Assembly (NCBI GenBank): GCA_028534125.1
Contig: CM052817.1
Location: 72,108,001-72,172,000, forward strand
Length of the DNA stretch: 64,000 bases
From: Lama glama
Lineage: Eukaryota
Reading direction: 5' to 3'
This document shows, in pieces, positions 13,421-27,216 of this stretch. The translations under genes were made by a program, and so were the position numbers. Below the pieces are notes generated by a model that worked only from the letters and a program-made list of their open reading frames with translations, was not told where the DNA came from and did no database searches. Position 1 is the stretch's first letter; every line of letters begins with the position of its first letter.

Positions 13421-14239
13421 CTAGTACAACATTTTTATAGCCATGTATTAGAGTTGGTGAGTATTTCTTCACGCTCTTCATTTTCCAGGTGAATTGTTTT
13501 ATCTACATGACCTCATGTTATATAAATATAAGAATATATAATTACGTACAAGTATAAGCATACATAATACATAAAGTATAAATATAATACATATATAATG
13601 TATGTGGAAAATTTAATAGTATTTTATAAAAGACCAAAGGAAGGCATTCTGTTTTATTTCTCCCAAATGACATTTTAATGGTCAGATATCCAAGTATTTC
13701 AGAGCTCAAGGAATGGTATGTACAAAGTAAGTTAAAATATGTAATACCATAAAGCTGAACTATTCCCTTAATAATCTTGAAAGTACAGCATTAGCGATAC
13801 ATAAAGCAATCATGCTTTGTTACTAAATCTGATCACTTCTAAATTTCCTGTCTTATCGTATGTCAGAGAGAGTCTGGTTCCTAAAAATAATGCCTAGAAA
13901 TTTGGAGGTACACAACAAACGTCTTCTTGATGGGGAATCTAATCTCCACAGATGTTTTCTTAGGGCAGCATCTAATGTTTAAATGTGAGTACCAAAATTT
14001 GATGTTCGTTACTTACTATTAAATTTGTGGAATACTGCTTTGTTTTAATCACTGTACAGACTTCAATGGGTTAACTTGGTATGCGGGTCAGGTTTTATAT
14101 GTTTATATTTTCTTAGCCTTGGTCAGGAGAAGTGGCTTTGCTTGCCCTTGTGCGATGCCGGAGTGGTAGGGTTTCACTCCGTTTGAAAACCTAGCACATC
14201 CCAGGAGGTTACCTTGGTGTAGATTTCTTTCTCTCTGTA

Positions 14240-14790
14240 TTAAATCGCTCATTGTCGCAAAGTGACTGGTGCTGCTGGGCTTTGAAAAGAACTTCTAAGA
14301 GGTTAAAAAAAGCTTCTGTATGAAAGGATTTTTTACTTCTGCAGACAGACTACAGTTTGCAGCTGTTTGACTTGCGACAGTGATATGGATCTGATTGTAT
14401 ACAGTATAGCAGGAGCCGTGGATGCAGCTGGAATAGAGGTTATAAATTTTAAAAGCGATGCAGATTTTTGCCATTAATTGGCTGCTAATAAAAGCAAACT
14501 CAATGGCTTCTAACTGTGGGAGCCTGTGGCTCTGTATCTGATATCAGGAATTCATACACATTACACAGTTTTAGTGATTCAGACCACGACTAATTGAAAT
14601 ATGAGGCATACTGATCAAATTTAGCATTACCAGCATGCACTATGGTTTGGGACTGCATGGCGACAAGGTAGCATTTATTACTTATTCTCCATAACGCTGC
14701 TTGATTGAAATATCTAGCTATGTTGTCAGCAGAGGCCCAGCTGGGCTTTAGTACAGCTAATTAAGTCATTAAAAGAGAGGTCAAGCAATC
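14240..14790. promoter_or_regulatory. Candidate highly conserved non-coding element (developmental enhancer)
   Basis: GCCATTAATTGGC 14470-14482, CTAATAAAA 14485-14493, CTAATTG 14590-14596, GCCCAGCTGGGC 14735-14746, CTAATTAAG 14757-14765; very AT-rich right flank. Confidence 0.5.
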
Positions 14791-15699
14791 TAATTCTTGC
14801 ATACTAAAGTACAAAAAAGTCTTTTATTATATATTTTTTAATAAGTTAAGATTTGAATTTTTAAAGAAATTTCTTTTGAATAATAAATGCACGGACTGGT
14901 TTACTTATTGGAATCTGAATTTAAATATATAGAGGGAAGAAACGATGAACTTGTTAATACACAATTTCCAGAGCAGTTTATATGGTTATGTTATTTAGTA
15001 AGTATATTGTGCATGTAATTCTTGAAAGTTGTCCAATAAATTAAGTACTGATTTTTAGGGATGTAGCTTCTGATGCTTTTCAACTGATTATTTCAGCATC
15101 GTGGTCTCTTTTAGGGAAAATTTTCAAAGATAAATGTAATTGAATTTTTTTTAGTGAATCCTACAACTCAAAGCCAGTATATACTATTCTATTCCTTGTT
15201 TTGAGGGCTTTGGGGGTAAAAGTATGAGGTTCTAATCTTTCACTTCTCTGTAATGTTTCAAATGCCTTTTCAAACTCCTTTCCATCTCTCCGTTGGAGAC
15301 AGTCTGGAGCTTCTTGATGCTGACTGAGCCAGTGGGAAGAGAAGCTTTAATTTATTTGAGTGGACATGTGTTAAAATGGCTCAAAAGTTTTTAAAAAGTT
15401 GTGAGAATTACTGACATATTACCAAAAACACTGCTTGTTTCAAAGTGTATGAATGGTGTGATAAAAATCTAGTCTAATATTTTAAAGGATGACTATTTTT
15501 CTTTCTTTTATTATTTTAATATATTTTAATAGTCTAATTTATATTTTCTCATGATAGTTTCCTAAGATAATCACTGAGCGTACTAGATGTTCCTAAAATG
15601 GATTAACCACCAGATGAATGGATATCTTGGATGCACCACATCAATAGAATTTAGAACTTTTGTGTCTTTTTTTTTCTTTCACTTTAGCTCTCAATTCGT

Positions 15700-15830
15700 C
15701 ATGGTCTCTAGAGCTAGAGCATGAAGCTAAAATTTACTCATTTCATTACTGTATATGAATGGTCTGGGATAATGTTTAGGGAAGAAAAATATTTAAATTG
15801 TATGTTGAATTGAATGAACGATGAAATTAA
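15700..15830 (+). mobile_element. L2 3' terminal fragment
   Basis: Ends in tgttgaattgaatgaacgatgaa, the typical L2 tail. Confidence 0.45.
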
Positions 15831-16784
15831 TTCCTGCCTGTTATTCCTATTCCTGTTTGGTCTGTATCACTCATAATTAGTAGAATTAGTAAATACCATT
15901 GATTTTGGTTTTCTTCTTAGAATATTTATTGTATTATTAAGAAAATTCAAAAATCAAGTAAGTAATAAGAGGAGAGTGATTGGAGAAGCTTTAAAAAGTA
16001 TGGGAAAATGATACAAGTAGTTCAAATTACAAGTGCTGTCTTAGTTAGAAGCGGCTTGAAGTATCAAATGAGGTCTGCTTTAGAAAACTCCCAGAACTGT
16101 AAGGAGACGTAGGTCTTATTCTAGTTTTCATATCTGCTGAGGGTCCACTTTCAGCATGCGATTGACATGAGACAACTGTTCCTAATTTTTGCACTTTTAT
16201 TAGAGCAGAGCATGCAGATCTAAATAAGCTCCTGCTATTTTGGCAGGACCTGTGTATTTTCAAGTGAAATCTGCACTGACATTCAGTATTTTTGTGATAA
16301 TAGCTTTTCAAAAATTGAGAAACTTTGGACCACTTAAATATAGCTAGTTGTTCTCTAGCTGTAACTGCTTAAAAGCCTTTGGAAAGAAAATTGTCCAAGG
16401 TGCAGCTTTCCTTGCTAATGTGTTTAATTCTGTTGGAGAATCATCTTTATTCATACCTATTGGAGAGCCGAATGCAATATCATAGAGATTGGATGTTGGA
16501 GCACCTGTTGTGGGATGTAGGTTATAAGAAGCTACACATTCGTAAATCAGCTCATGAAAACAGACCTTCCCCATGATGGCCATATAAGTTCTGTTAAAAA
16601 GAGACTCTTGAGGTGACCACATTAAAAACATATTTAAAATGTTAAAAAATATATTGAAACCTGTTTGTGTCTATTTCATTATTGCATATTCAGTCCATTT
16701 TCAAGGTCATCTTTTCTAGAGACGAGTAACACCATGCCAGATACAGCATCATAGTAATAGACACGAAGTAGTTTATTGTGGTTC

Positions 16785-16839
16785 AATATGAGAATTTCCT
16801 TTTTTTGTACCAAATATGAGAATATTCCTCTTTGTACCA
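16785..16839. repeat. Local tandem duplication, 2 x ~28 bp
   Basis: aatatgagaatttcct…tttgtacca followed by aatatgagaatattcctctttgtacca. Confidence 0.85.
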
Positions 16840-18859
16840 AAAAATAATTTTTGATCTCTGGTAAAAGTAACTTTTTACAGAGTAAGTTTTGTTAATAACA
16901 ATAAATCTTACATGAGCCATTTGAGAGACACTTAATTAGACGTGTGATAATTAGACCAAAGAATGATCGTGTTCTTGGAAGGGTAACTCTCACTGCTCAG
17001 TTAAAAGGAGTTCCTGCAATTAGAGTGACAAACGAATTCCTTGTCAACTCCTCCAGACCTCCTGCCTGTCTCTCAGCCTACCACTCATCAAGAGTTCTGG
17101 ATGAAGAGTCACACTAGTTAGGGGCCTCTTACTAACCTTTGCAGAGGAATTAGAACCTGCATGTGTTCTCCTGTTTCCAGAGACGTGTTCAAAAGCTTGA
17201 CCGTTAATATTGTTTAAAACTGGATTCAAATAACAGACAAATGTTCCTAAGAAATTCCTGTCTCTCCTAGGAAAAAACATATTGTTTACAGTTTTTCTTC
17301 AAAATTCTTAAACATATTATTTTTGTTATCCATTTAAAATAAGTACCTCATTTTTTTCAGGATTCTGAAAGTTTACAATTTCTTAGCATAAATTTATTGT
17401 AAGGACTTTGAGTACGGAATATGACCGAAGACCTAAAGTCTGGTCTCAAAGGAATTCTAGCTCAATTTTAAAATCAGAAGTTATGGAAGGTTTTTGGGTA
17501 AGCCTGCGAATCTCTGGGCACCTGTCCAAAATGAACCTCTAAGTCTTTTGAAGTCTACCCATCACTAATATACACAGTACAGTCTAATCCAGCTGTCTGC
17601 CCCTTTTCCTGTTTCCCTTTCTCTTTCTTCAATCTGTCCTGAGGTACCAGTAGCTACATACTGTGGGAGATATTTAGTAGAATGAACATTGCCTTTTGGA
17701 AGTGTTCCCTTACACTGTATCCAGGGTTTGTTTGGGGGAGGGGACAGATAATGCTTTAGTCATTCTTCTTTCTGGTTGGCATCCATTTACACCATAGTAA
17801 TTCCTACCCACCTTTCAAATTACAAACTATTTTAGCTATCAGTAATAACAATATCTTTGCAAGATTTGTTTTCTGTGTCAACAAAAGATCTTACGATTTT
17901 AAAGAGCAGTACAGATTCACGGATGAAAATAAACAAATATAATTTTAGAAAATCTAATTAACCCTGTTAATATTGCAAGTTTTTGTATTATATACTATTA
18001 AAATTTTTGTGTGTGTTACGACAGTGAAATGTAAAAAAAAAACTTTACATTTTGCAGCTGATAGTTTGCTTAGGGACCTTATTTGAATATGTATTTATTT
18101 CAAAGTTAAAATAATTTTTTGTTAGGGATGGATTTTGGAGAAAGATAGAACAATTAAAATTACAGCAAAGAAAAGTCTAAGCTTAGTTTCTAAGAAATCT
18201 TTGTGATAGATTCATTGAAAAATTTGGATTGTGGTTAGGAGATATTTCAACTAACCAAAATATTTCAAATAGTGTGCCTTTTGGAAATCTTTCCTTTCTT
18301 GGTCATTTTGTACTGTTCATAATCAGATATTCATTTTTTTGGGACTCATTCTATTGAACTGTTTCTGAAACGGAAATTCTTTAGATACTTCTATGCATAT
18401 CTTCCAAAAACAGAGGCAGAGTCAATTTAAAGAATTTTATGTTGTTATCACAGAACTTCATACAAGTTAACGAAAAACACAGGGCAAGAGCAGAGAAGCC
18501 AGTTTCATCACCGCTCGGACTTGTGTAATAAAGCTCGATTTTATGTAAATAAATGACTGATGAGTTGGAGGGAAGAAAGATCATGACTGGAGAAAAGACT
18601 GCAAGTTCTGGTAAAGAAAGTGTTGGAGACTTTTCTTTTTTTCTCTATTCACCATTTCCTTCTTGTTTTTCTCCTTCTCTTTATGCTCAAAATCACCAAA
18701 GCACTGAGCAGTTCTTGTGTGCAGATCATTAACTCAAGGGCTGTGAAGTCTTATGGATGGAAAAATGGATACTCACGATCTTAAAAAATTAGTAAATGAA
18801 CAAACCAAACACATATACCGCATCATTTAGAAATCTATTCTTATGTCAGCCCTCTGCAG

Positions 18860-18992
18860 TGATATTGGGCAATTTACTAAACAAACATTTCTAAAATGTA
18901 TATATTTTAAATTTCTCATATGAAATAGTTACCCAATTACGTTTGGGGTTTGTTGGGAGAATAAGATGAGAAAATATCTGTTAAGGAACTTT
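18860..18992 (+). mobile_element. MIR SINE fragment
   Basis: tttctcatatgaaat…ttgttgggagaataagatgagaaaatatctgttaaggaactttg resembles the MIR core and 3' part. Confidence 0.45.
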
Positions 18993-18999
18993 GAAGATT

Positions 19000-20500
19000 T
19001 AATTTCATTCCAAATTCTAACGGGCTTTTCTGGGAAGCTTACAAGCTGATGCTAAAATTCAAACGGAAAAGAAAAGGGCAAAGAATAATCAAGACACTTT
19101 CTGAAAATTAAGAAAAAGAAAGTGTTGGTGCCATTAGGCTATAGTAATCAAGATAAAGTATTATGAAATAGTGGTAAACAAACAGACTAGAATGCAGAGC
19201 TTAGACAGAAATGCCTTCGTAAATGGAGACTTGGTATAGAATAGGGGCTGTTTCATGACATATTGATAAATTATTCAAAATGATGTATTACTCAAAAAAT
19301 GACACTAGGACAAGTAGTTTAGCCACATTAAAAAAGGTAGCATAAAATATGAGATGAATTAAATATCCTCATGTGAAAAGCAATGGTTTGAATCTGTTGG
19401 GAGAAAATATAGTATCAGGGCAGAAGATGACCAAAAAACACATACACTGTAAAGAAAAATGTTGATTATATTAAGATAATAAAAAAAATTCTGCATAGCA
19501 AAGAATTATATAAAACATAGGAGGAGATAGAGTAAAACTGGGAGAAGGTATTTGCAATGTATACAGATAGTAAGGTGTTAACATACAGCATATATAAAGA
19601 ATTTCTACAAATTAAGAAGAGACCTGCAGCACAATAGAAAAATGGGCAAAAGATAAGAACAAGGACTTCTCAGAAGAGGCAAACCAATAAAGCAGAAAAC
19701 ACAATGGAAAGATGCTAAGAGGCATGAAATGTACATTACAAAATGATAAGCTATTATTAGTACACGTTGGGTTGGCAGAAATTGAAAGTCTGGAAAATAC
19801 CAAGTGTTGATGAGGACATGAAGAAGTGGGAGCTTTTATGAGCTGCTTGTGTGAATGTAATTTGGAATAATAACTTTACAGAATATTTAGCATTTTAGTA
19901 AATGGGAGAGTCCTCATACTTTCAAAAAGTTTGGAATATGGAGATGGTAATTAGAAAACCAAAGAAATCCTATACTTTGCTACTTGTATAGAAGGCTATA
20001 TACAAAGATGTTTATTCCAGCACTCTTTGCAGTACAAAAAATGGAACATAATAAATTTCTATTAGTGACCATGGGCTAAATAAAATGTGATATAATCATG
20101 CAACGGAATAGTACAAAACAGTTGAGATAAATGATGTAAAGGTACACGTATCAACAAGGAGAAAACTAGGAAGCCTAATGATAAGTGAAAACGTAGGCTG
20201 CAGAAACAGAGAGAGTGCGTCGTTTTATGACGCTTGAAAAAACAAAACCATTATATACCATTTGCAGATAAAATATATACATAGTGAAAAACACAGATGT
20301 GAAACATATACATCCAACTTCAGAATATTAACTCTGTAGAGGGAAGAAAAGAGGGAAATGTGATCTGGGGTAGGGTCAAAGGGGTTTGAACTCTATTTGT
20401 AGTATGTTCTCTTAGAAATTACAAATACAACAACATGTTAAAAGTTCTTTACAATTGTCATAGTCTATGCACTTTTCTGTTTGATTGAAATACAAATTTC
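19000..20500 (+). mobile_element. Old L1 (L1ME-like): ORF2 3' part and 3'UTR, decayed
   Basis: acaagctgatgctaaaattc, ctatagtaatcaag, tgggagaaggtatttgcaa, aatagaaaaatgggcaaaaga, ccaagtgttgatgaggacatg. Confidence 0.85.
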
Positions 20501-20619
20501 AAGAAATTGTTGGGACAACTGTTAGATATTGTTCATGTTTATTAAAAATAATTACCCCAAGTTAAATTATATGAACTTGCAATCAAGTGAATTATATTGA
20601 GTTTGGGATTCATAAAATT

Positions 20620-21008
20620 TAGAATCTTGGAGGAGGAGCCATGCAGAGGTGAAATCAGACCTCTTGAGGGGACTCTGGCTGGCTGGAGGGGGTGTCTTTA
20701 CGCAGAAAGATGAAGCTGGCCTGGGAGTATGGGGAGACTACAAATTGGAGTCACCTGCTGCTGCTGGAGTAAATATCCACTGCCAGGTTGAAGGATTGCT
20801 GAGGTCGTGAGAGAGAAACAGGAAGGACCAAGTCCCCTCTCCCTCCTCCCGCCTCCTCATCTCCCTCTGGTGTCCTCTGATGTTGGACCTTAACGGGGAA
20901 CAGCCAGCAAGGCCTAAATGGATTGCAGAGTCCCAGCCCTAGAATCACAAAACAGAGCATGGAAGTGTAGTTGTAGAGTTGAGAGTCAATAACTTAATAA
21001 CAAGCACA
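20620..21008. mobile_element. Solo LTR of an old ERVL-class element (LTR41/LTR33-like)
   Basis: Terminal …gcagagtcccagccc…aacagagcatggaag…gagttgagagtcaataacttaataacaagcaca resembles the recalled consensus end. Confidence 0.6.
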
Positions 21009-21449
21009 TCAGAGAACACCAACTTCCTGTCGTCCCAAACTCCAGAATATCGCTGTTTATAACGGTGAAAGTAGAGGCCGCTTACATTTCCTCGGCCCAT
21101 TTCACACAGGCCTGCAGGAAGTCAGCATTATTCTAGCCTCTTCGTGCTGCTTCCTTGTAAGCAATTCTGCTTCCACACTCATGTTAATAAATGAGGACCC
21201 TCATGCGTTAATAATCCCTCCACGTCCCCTTGTTGGGTTTTCCGCAGCTCTCGTTCCCACAAACAGAAACTTTAGCAAGTGATTCAGTCTTCCTCTGGAT
21301 CTCAGCTCCTACCACGGTCTTGAAGAATAACAGCGTTGATGTTAAAAAGCCCATGAGAGACCCCTCCTCAGAGTTCTTCCGTCTCACGGACTTCAGTAAC
21401 TCCATCTTGGCTTCACAAAAGCAATCCAACCCCGCTGCTCCATCTTAGA

Positions 21450-22920
21450 TTTTGTAAGTTCTTGAATATCCTCCCATTGTCAAATCATCTCTACTTCCTT
21501 ACGTTTTTAGAATAAAACATGTCCATCTACCTCTCCCAGAATCTTCCTTCCACTTTGCTTGTTTCCCGATTTCTTGAAATCGCTACTGTCTTCCTTTAAC
21601 TCTCCACGTCGCTTCTTGTCTGTTGGTGCCTCTCTGGGTTTACTCTTTATCCTACTTGCCTTAGACTTTAAGAACAACACTTGAACAATATTAGTATAAT
21701 TACCTTTTACTCTCATCTTTCAGCCTTATTCTCTCACTGAAGACACCTTGAAGACCACAAATCCTGGATTAATTCAAGGATCTAGATTCTTTCCTCCTGT
21801 GCTAGGAATGCTACTGGGGCCACTCCAGACTCTTGTCTTTTTTGGCCAAGACTTGTCAAAGTACTGTCTGCCCTTGCTTTCTCCATGTCTTCGTTTCTAC
21901 CGACTGCAGTCTTTTCATTACTCTGACAAATCTTCTTTTGTTTAAAATAAGGATGACATTATAGTTTTAGAATCAATGAAACTTTTCTATTGTTATGATA
22001 CTTAGTCTCTCAATATATTAACGTCATTGAATTTTTCCTTCTTTACACTCTACCCATATTTGATTTCTATGTTATTTTCTTCAGATTTTCCACCTTTCTG
22101 CTTTTCTATCACAGTGCATTTTTCAAGTTTTGATTTTTCAACTCTCATCTTAAATATTGGTGTCTCTGTGACCCTTTCTCCTATTATGTGCTTTCCTACT
22201 GAGTGATAACTTTCATTCCTGTAGTTGCAATGATCACACAACTGATACCTCATCTCTCTCTCTTCTGGCTCCAACCCTGCAATCCACATTCTTCTCAATG
22301 CCCCATATCCACCTTGACCTATTCCACTCTATCTCTTATCACTGTCCCTTCAGTTTATCAAGTCAGAATTATGGGTGGTGGATTAAATCCCAGCCTTTCC
22401 TTCTTCTGCATTCTGCACAGTTAAGTTACATCAAGTCAAAAGATTCTGCTTCCTGAAAACTTTTCCAATACGACCCTTTCTCTAAAGTCTTTGGCCCTTC
22501 CTTCTAAATCATCTCCCATCCTTCATCCTTGTTCTTTTCTAATCCATCCTCTACACTACCATGAAAGTACATTAAAAAAAAAAGATGAATCTGCTCCCCT
22601 TCTTACCTAATATCTTTTTATATTTCTCCACTGCCTCCAGGATGCCTTTGCAAGGTATGCAAGTGACTTAGGAGTCTGGCCCCTGCCTCCTCTGCCTTTC
22701 TCCTCCATGAGGGTCCATGATGCAGTTGTTTTGAACTTCTTGCCAAACCCTAAATACATTGTGCATTTTCACATTTCTCCTGATTTGCATGTGCTGTTCC
22801 CTTCATCTGGAATAACTTCTCCCTCCACCTGTTCCATCCCTGCTCAGTCTGCTTGGAAATGTTGAATTTCCTTTCTTAGCCTTTAAGTCTCAGAGTAAGC
22901 ATTTTCTCTTCTGTGAAGCA
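21450..22920 (+). mobile_element. Old L2 LINE fragments
   Basis: Pyrimidine-rich, with aatccatcctctacact, tttgcatgtgctgttcccttcatctggaat, cttctgtgaagc. Confidence 0.65.
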
Positions 22921-22924
22921 TGTG

Positions 22925-23170
22925 GAGGCATCATGTTTAACCATGAGAGCATGGTCCTTGGTGTCATCTGTATATGGTTTTTAAACCTTGAACTGCCTTG
23001 ACACAGTGCATGAGGAGTCTTGATAAACCTTCAGAATTCAATGATAATATGAGCTTCTCAAACTTATTAGGTAGGATTGCATGTGATAAATGATAGAAGA
23101 GGTGAATGAGATAAAAACTGGCCAGTATTGGACATTTGGTAGACATTCAGTCAGTGGCTGCTATCATTAA
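22925..23170 (+). mobile_element. MIR SINE
   Basis: Near full-length degenerate MIR ending ggacatttggtagacattcagtcagtggctgctatcatta. Confidence 0.55.
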
Positions 23171-23679
23171 TGTGACTGTGAATATTAATCATAAGTAACA
23201 TTCCAGAGGTTCTTATGCAGAGTCCTAACTCCATCCTACAGATCCTCTCTAGAGCTACTTAGCCCATTTAAATTTTGCATATGTCACTCTGACTCTTAAG
23301 ACTGTGAGCTCCTCCAAAACAGTGGCCTCCAAGTTAACTTAACTATGCCAAACCTCATTGCTGAGAGGATTTGAAACAGTGTATAAGAAGAGATACATAA
23401 CATTGGAATAAGGTGTATAGCTATAAGAATTATGACAAAAGGACAACATGGTTAGAATAAAATAAAACCAGAGTAAATATGTTCATAAGAGTGTGTGTGG
23501 TGTAGTCCTGGACAACTCCCATGATGGGTAACAGGCTTATCTGTGAGCTTCCTAGTGGGCAAGGTCAAGAGGGAAACAAAATTCAAAACATTTACAAAGG
23601 AAAAGCAAAGCTTTTCCTGGAACTGAGACATATTTTTGATGCATTCATCAAAAAGTGAAACTGTTGTGCACTGTGGACA

Positions 23680-23812
23680 CTTGCTACTCAAATTGTGGTT
23701 CTTTGGCCAATATCAATAGAGGCTGGTCAGACATGTGGAATCTCAGGCCCTACCCAAAACTGCTAATCCACATGTTGACAAGATTCCCAGCATTCAAGCT
23801 TGGGACTGCTGC
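23680..23812. mobile_element. MER5-family hAT-Charlie MITE
   Basis: tgctactcaaattgtggt…gaatctcaggccctaccc…acaagattccc…gggactgctg. Confidence 0.7.
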
Positions 23813-26800
23813 TAGATAAGAATATTTTCAATAATTTCCTCAAAAAAATTAGGGATTTTTCTATGATGTCTTCTTTATACGTTTAAGTTCTGGATTCCAA
23901 ATTCCAAAGATACAGAAAAGCATTGTAGAAAATATAATCCAGTTCCCAGTTTGTACATAGTTTTCATATCTTTCCAAATAGTTTTAAATCTCTCTTTTAA
24001 GGAAGAAATAAAATAGTATGGATATATTTACATCTCTTTTTCATCCACTTTCCCTGCCTCCCTTCTCAAAGGCGGTCACTTTTGTGAGATTAGGGAGCAT
24101 CCTTCCCATGCGGACTTTTACAGTTGACCACTTCTGTGTGTCTCCACAGAATATCGTCATATTTAAGTAACGACTTCTTTTGAAGATTCTCACTGGGAAC
24201 CCAGGACAGAGTATGAAAACATAATTCAGTAAGAGCAATTAATACAAAGTACAGCCTCTGTGCGAGAGAAGTGCTTTCTGGCTTCATCCAAAGAAAGAAT
24301 GTAGGTTTTAAAGCTATGAGAATAGGTGGAAAAATTAAAAAAAAAAAAAAGATTAGGCAACTTACTGTTTTGGTACTGTCCCAGGAGAAGAATCGGACAT
24401 GGGAGAATTTAATTTTATATTTAGTAGTTGCAATATTAGAGCCAAATGACAGTCCTGGTTGTTAGTATGACATTCCAATATGTGGTTTTCCCTTTTTAAA
24501 GGAAGACATGTTTACCAGCTTTCACTATGCTCTGTCTTTCGCTACTCCTCCACTTCAGAGAGAAGCAGCTGCGAGGTGTGAGGTCCCGTTGGGCCAGGGG
24601 GAAAGATTTTGATTGAATTATGTTATCCCAGAGCAAAGGAGCAAGGACCTAAGAGAACAGAGCTGGCCCCAGGAGGAAAAACGGCAAAGGGAGAGAAAGA
24701 ATCTAGATCAGGGGAAGGGCGGGGAATTGGTCCTGCTAGCATCCTGCCCATTCTTTCCTCCACTCCCATCCTCTTAATTTTCCTACCCTGCTATTTTTCA
24801 TTCTCCAGAAAATTCTTCCTCCAATTCTATAATGACTCTATCAGGATCTTCTGGAAGATATGTGTCCAAACCAGTTCTGGAGAAAATTCAAATGGCTACT
24901 AAACATAGAAAACATTTTCAAATGTACTAGGAAGCCAAGAAAAGATAGTTCAAATGACCATAAAATACCTTGGAAGAGCTTTAAACCTAAGAGGAATTAG
25001 TCAGGATGCTTTCAAAAGGACTGCAACTTCATTCAACTTTAAGCAGCTTTAATTCTCTAGGTATTTCTTAAGCATAAATTATTCTGATTTGAGGCAATTT
25101 TTAAATACCCAAAGTCAACTACCACATATAAAAAAATGAGCATTTTACAAAAAGCACTTTGGATTTCAGAATTCCAGGCTTCTAAAAGAAGATATCTGCA
25201 CTGAGTGTGAAGGTAAAATCTTTACTCCATTGCATGTAGTCAGTGTTTTCAAAAAGCACCCTGAAAATTGTACATTTAACCATTATAAACCTGTGCAGGA
25301 TAATGAGAATGTAAACGTTAAAAATGTGGTGACTGGAATAATCTACACTGTGTGAACTATGTTTTATTAAACTTTATATGCAGTCTTTTGCTGATCAAGT
25401 TTGACTAGCTGTGGAGGGCAAAGGAATTTGGTAGTGGAGATGGGAGAATGAACCAGAGGGTGTCTTAGGTGGAAGAATGCTCTGGACCACTACACTAGAT
25501 AGCTGTTCATTAGGATCTCCAGTTCTTGGCTAAGTTGCCCCATCTCTCTTCTATAAATTCTTACCTACGTGGAGTTATAGTGACAGGCTGTCCATGCCCG
25601 TGTCGAGGTGGAAGATGAGCTGCACTGGCCTGCGAAGCTTATTATTGTTATTAATTACTATTATTGTTTTGTTTCAGAGCCTTTATTTTTGACATGGTCT
25701 GAATTCCCAAGGGTAACATGTAGACATTTCAGGATTTCAATCTATTCTCTTTCTCTCCCTGTTCCCAGAACCTTCTTAGAAAAGTGAACTAAATACAATG
25801 CTGGGAACACAATACAGAAAATGTTTAGCATTTCAGTGATTGTGGAAATGATGCTAACTTTCCCGTTTAAAATATGTTTGTTGAAGAGAGAATCTTGTTT
25901 CAGTGTGGCCCCGTCCACTTGGTGAGAGCAAAGTCCTTTTTCCATGGCATGCCTCTGTGATACTGAAAAGTCACAACTTGCCCTAAGCTGCGTTTAGGCT
26001 TTCAAATTCTCTTTTAAAACTCTGTTTATTTTCATTAAGCCTCTTCTTTTTAACTCAGGTGACGTATTTGTGTTTAGAAATGTATAACTCTGGCTTCCTT
26101 GGCTATTTTCTTCTCATGCGGATTTTCTGCTGATAAATGTGCACTAAAAGGCATTTGTATAATTACTTGTTTAATCTGAAAGCGTCGTGCACTTTGTATG
26201 CTCCTCAGCACAGTTCCCAGCTCAGGTATTAATAGTGTTTTTTCATGAGTTGATGAGGTTGATATTGATGGCGATGAAAAGAAAATGAGAATAAAATTAG
26301 TACAGTGAGATTTAGGAACAGAGCAGAAGGATGTTTTTATCTTTACATAAAGTGCTTTGCAGAAAAAGATAAGTTTCATGCTTTTACCAAAATAGAATGT
26401 CTGTGGATTTATGATGTAAATATACTCATGACTACTTGCTTGTTGACTCAAAACAGGCATAGACTTGATTATAGATGCTGTTTTTGTAGCTATTTATTCT
26501 TATGAGACTTGAGAGAAAATCAGCTTGTCTGTATCATTTGGTAATCTAAGAATAAAATAATTATTTCTCATAATTCAGAGTTTATAAGGGGCCCCTAGAG
26601 ATTATTTAGATGGACTAGTTTATATATTCCAAACAGAAGAAAATATATTTTTGTCTTCTTAAAAGTGTATGTTACCAGATAAATTTCTTGATTTTACTCT
26701 TTTGGGTATTTGTATAGAAATTATATTTGTGGAGATCTTTGTCTCTATATGTTCCCTAAATGTATCATAATATGTTTACCTTATAATATTGCTCCTGTCC

Positions 26801-27104
26801 CCAAGTGTGCAGTGAAAACTTTTGTTATTGCTATATATTGTAGGTTAGTTTTATTTTTTCTGAACCTGCCATGATTACTGGTCTATTGGCCTTGTTACTT
26901 GGGTCCGCAGTATCTACATTTTTTTCCCTTCTATTTTTCCATAAGGTGATCTAGAACCTAGCCTAGGACCTCAAAAGCTAAGCTGAATATCTGGATGAAT
27001 TGATCTGGTTTTCTTGCCACATTTTTCTGTTCTCTGTTAGAAGATTTTGCTCAAAAGTGGGACATCTACACTTGAATCACATGGCATGACTGTGAAAAGT
27101 GAAT

Positions 27105-27216
27105 GTATCAGGGCTCTGCCATAGGTGGAATCAGAATGTGTGGTGGTGGGATCAGGGAATATGCATTTTAACAAACTCCCTAGGGGATTCGTGCATGTTC
27201 ACGTGAAGGACGGCTG
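27105..27216. mobile_element. MER5-family MITE fragment
   Basis: gaatcagaat…gggaatatgcattttaacaaactccctaggggattc. Confidence 0.65.

Noticed and set aside
24560..24900. GC-richer block as an LTR or promoter
   Set aside because: I could not match it to a family or find LTR termini, and it has too few CpGs for an island
26074..26460. 128-aa minus-strand ORF
   Set aside because: No domain resemblance or convincing splice context
26580..27010. Possible MIR/CR1(L3) relics
   Set aside because: Too degenerate to call without an HMM search
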